This document shows positions 62,408 through 64,000 of a DNA stretch of 64,000 nt, piece by piece; positions within the stretch are counted from its first letter, which is position 1, and the number at the start of each line of letters is the position of its first letter. Under the pieces are notes generated by a model. It made no database searches, was not told the DNA's origin, and saw nothing but the letters and a program-made list of their open reading frames with translations. The stretch is from assembly GCF_001194135.2 (NCBI RefSeq), contig NC_068981.1:164386353-164450352 (forward strand). Direction: 5' to 3'. This DNA is from Octopus bimaculoides. Taxonomy: Eukaryota. The translations under genes were made by a program, and so were the position numbers.

Positions 62408-62775
62408 TCATAACCCCCGCCTTAGCGAAGGCGGATGTATTGCTTTCAATGGTGTTTGTTTGTTTGTCCGTGGACAATATATCTCAAGAATCGCTGGATG
62501 GATTCGGATGAAACTTTCGGGGATGTTCGGGCTCAAGACTGGCACTAACTGTTCAAATTTTGGGATCGATCCGGTACGGGACAAGGATTCTGGATTATTT
62601 TTCCGTTTTTTAACTTAATCTTTGAAAGCGGTCGGATTCATTTTTTGTATTCTCGTTTGTGAGAGCAGTCGAGTTTATTTCAGATATTTTCATTTAAAAA
62701 ATAATCTCTGGCTAATCGTTGAAAGGACGTTGGTGTTGCCTTGGCGGAGGTTAGCGCTCTGTGAATGCCTTTGTT
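62408..62775 (+). mobile_element. Helentron-associated (HINE/DINE-1-like) non-autonomous element
   Basis: 5' subterminal IR AACCCCCGCC with local hairpin ccgcc-ttagcgaa-ggcgg; (GTTT)n block; 3' partner GGCGGAGGTT (62743-62752), short palindrome and T-rich end. Confidence 0.65.
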
Positions 62776-63439
62776 ATAAGATGTATTTATTTTAATATCG
62801 AAAAAGCCGTTCAAGTATAAAATAACGTAAATCTAAAAACTTCTATCAGAGTGAGCATGACTGTATTAGAAGAAAGTATGTGAAGCAGACCCTTGTGAAA
62901 ACGAATCCTTAATTCAAACACTATAAATAAGTTGTTATACGCACACATAGAGTATACTATAATCATTTATGAGAATTCGCAAGTATTTTACACCCAAACA
63001 GACATATATTTTTGTTTATCTTACACTCATTACCCAAACGTTTCAATATACACACACACAGTGTTGCGCTTTAAGAGTGATTTTAACTGTTGCACTTACA
63101 CCCAAGCAGACACAAATTTTTGTTTATCTCATACACATACTATTAATATACACACCATAATAGAATATTCTATAAACATTTATGAGAATTTGGAAAGATT
63201 TCCACGCGTAAGCAGATATAAATTTTAGTTTATCTTAATAGCAGGGTCATGAAAGTCTGGAGCATTGAGGAAAAAAAACAAAGCAAAAAAAAAAAGAAGA
63301 AAAAACACAGAAATTACAACGTCCACCGTGGAATGAGAAGGAAAGACGCACCATGTTCCCACAAACACAAGACACTTTAGGAGGAATGTATGAGAAGGAA
63401 GTAAACATGCTGCTTTATCGTATTCTTTCTTTATGTGGT

Positions 63440-63494
<55 letters not shown>

Positions 63495-63537
63495 TACATA
63501 CAGACTCACACATCACTATATACACACATACACAGAT

Positions 63538-63592
<55 letters not shown>

Positions 63593-63951
63593 CGTATGTA
63601 TACATATCTATATATTCATATACATACATATATAAATATACATACATATATAAATATAAACACATACACACACACACTCACACACACATATATAGCAAGG
63701 TGAAATCTGTCTTCCATCCTTTCGGGAATAGATCATTAGTGCAAAGCTGTGGATCATTAGATTAGCAGGATTTTTGAGCATCAAGCAAAGTGCCTGAAGA
63801 TATCTTTTCTGACGTTGCTCGTTCTGAGTTCAAATTTCGCCTCATATTCCTGAACTTCCAAACAGGTAATACATTATAAACGGTAGGAAAAGAATCAATG
63901 GAAAACATAGTGTCCTTGGTTTGATTACATAATAGGTCGGCTCTAACTCCG

Positions 63952-64000
<49 letters not shown>

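Overview
Eukaryotic, AT-rich, repeat-dominated DNA with many N-gaps that sit beside microsatellites. The SINE families and the (TA/TG/AAT/CT)n load look like an octopod cephalopod (Octopus-type) draft assembly; this is inferred from pattern recognition, not a database search. I found no intact host protein-coding gene, rRNA, genuine tRNA or CRISPR array, so the window is probably intergenic or inside a large intron. Nearly all long ORFs in the track are microsatellite or N-gap artefacts. The real content is a layered transposon landscape: dozens of tRNA-derived SINE copies or fragments from 3-4 families, fragments of RLE-type (R4/Dong-like), CR1-like, RTE and Penelope-like retroelements, a full-length decayed DD36E Tc1 element, three mariner remnants (one a fold-back nested in another), hAT and pogo-like MITEs, and a Helentron-associated (HINE-like) element. 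The most striking structure is at 49.5-52.2 kb on the minus strand. A 1.7-kb ORF1-only (gag-like, CCHC knuckle, no EN/RT) Tx1/L1-like retroelement sits in the tRNA-like head of a SINE with a 15-bp target-site duplication. A second, related element is stacked at the same site. The 3' tail of the first element matches the 3' tail of a different SINE family in this window, suggesting a three-party SINE/LINE system. Also notable are two abutting perfect hairpins at 9092-9159 and a minimal hammerhead-like motif at about 60.1 kb.
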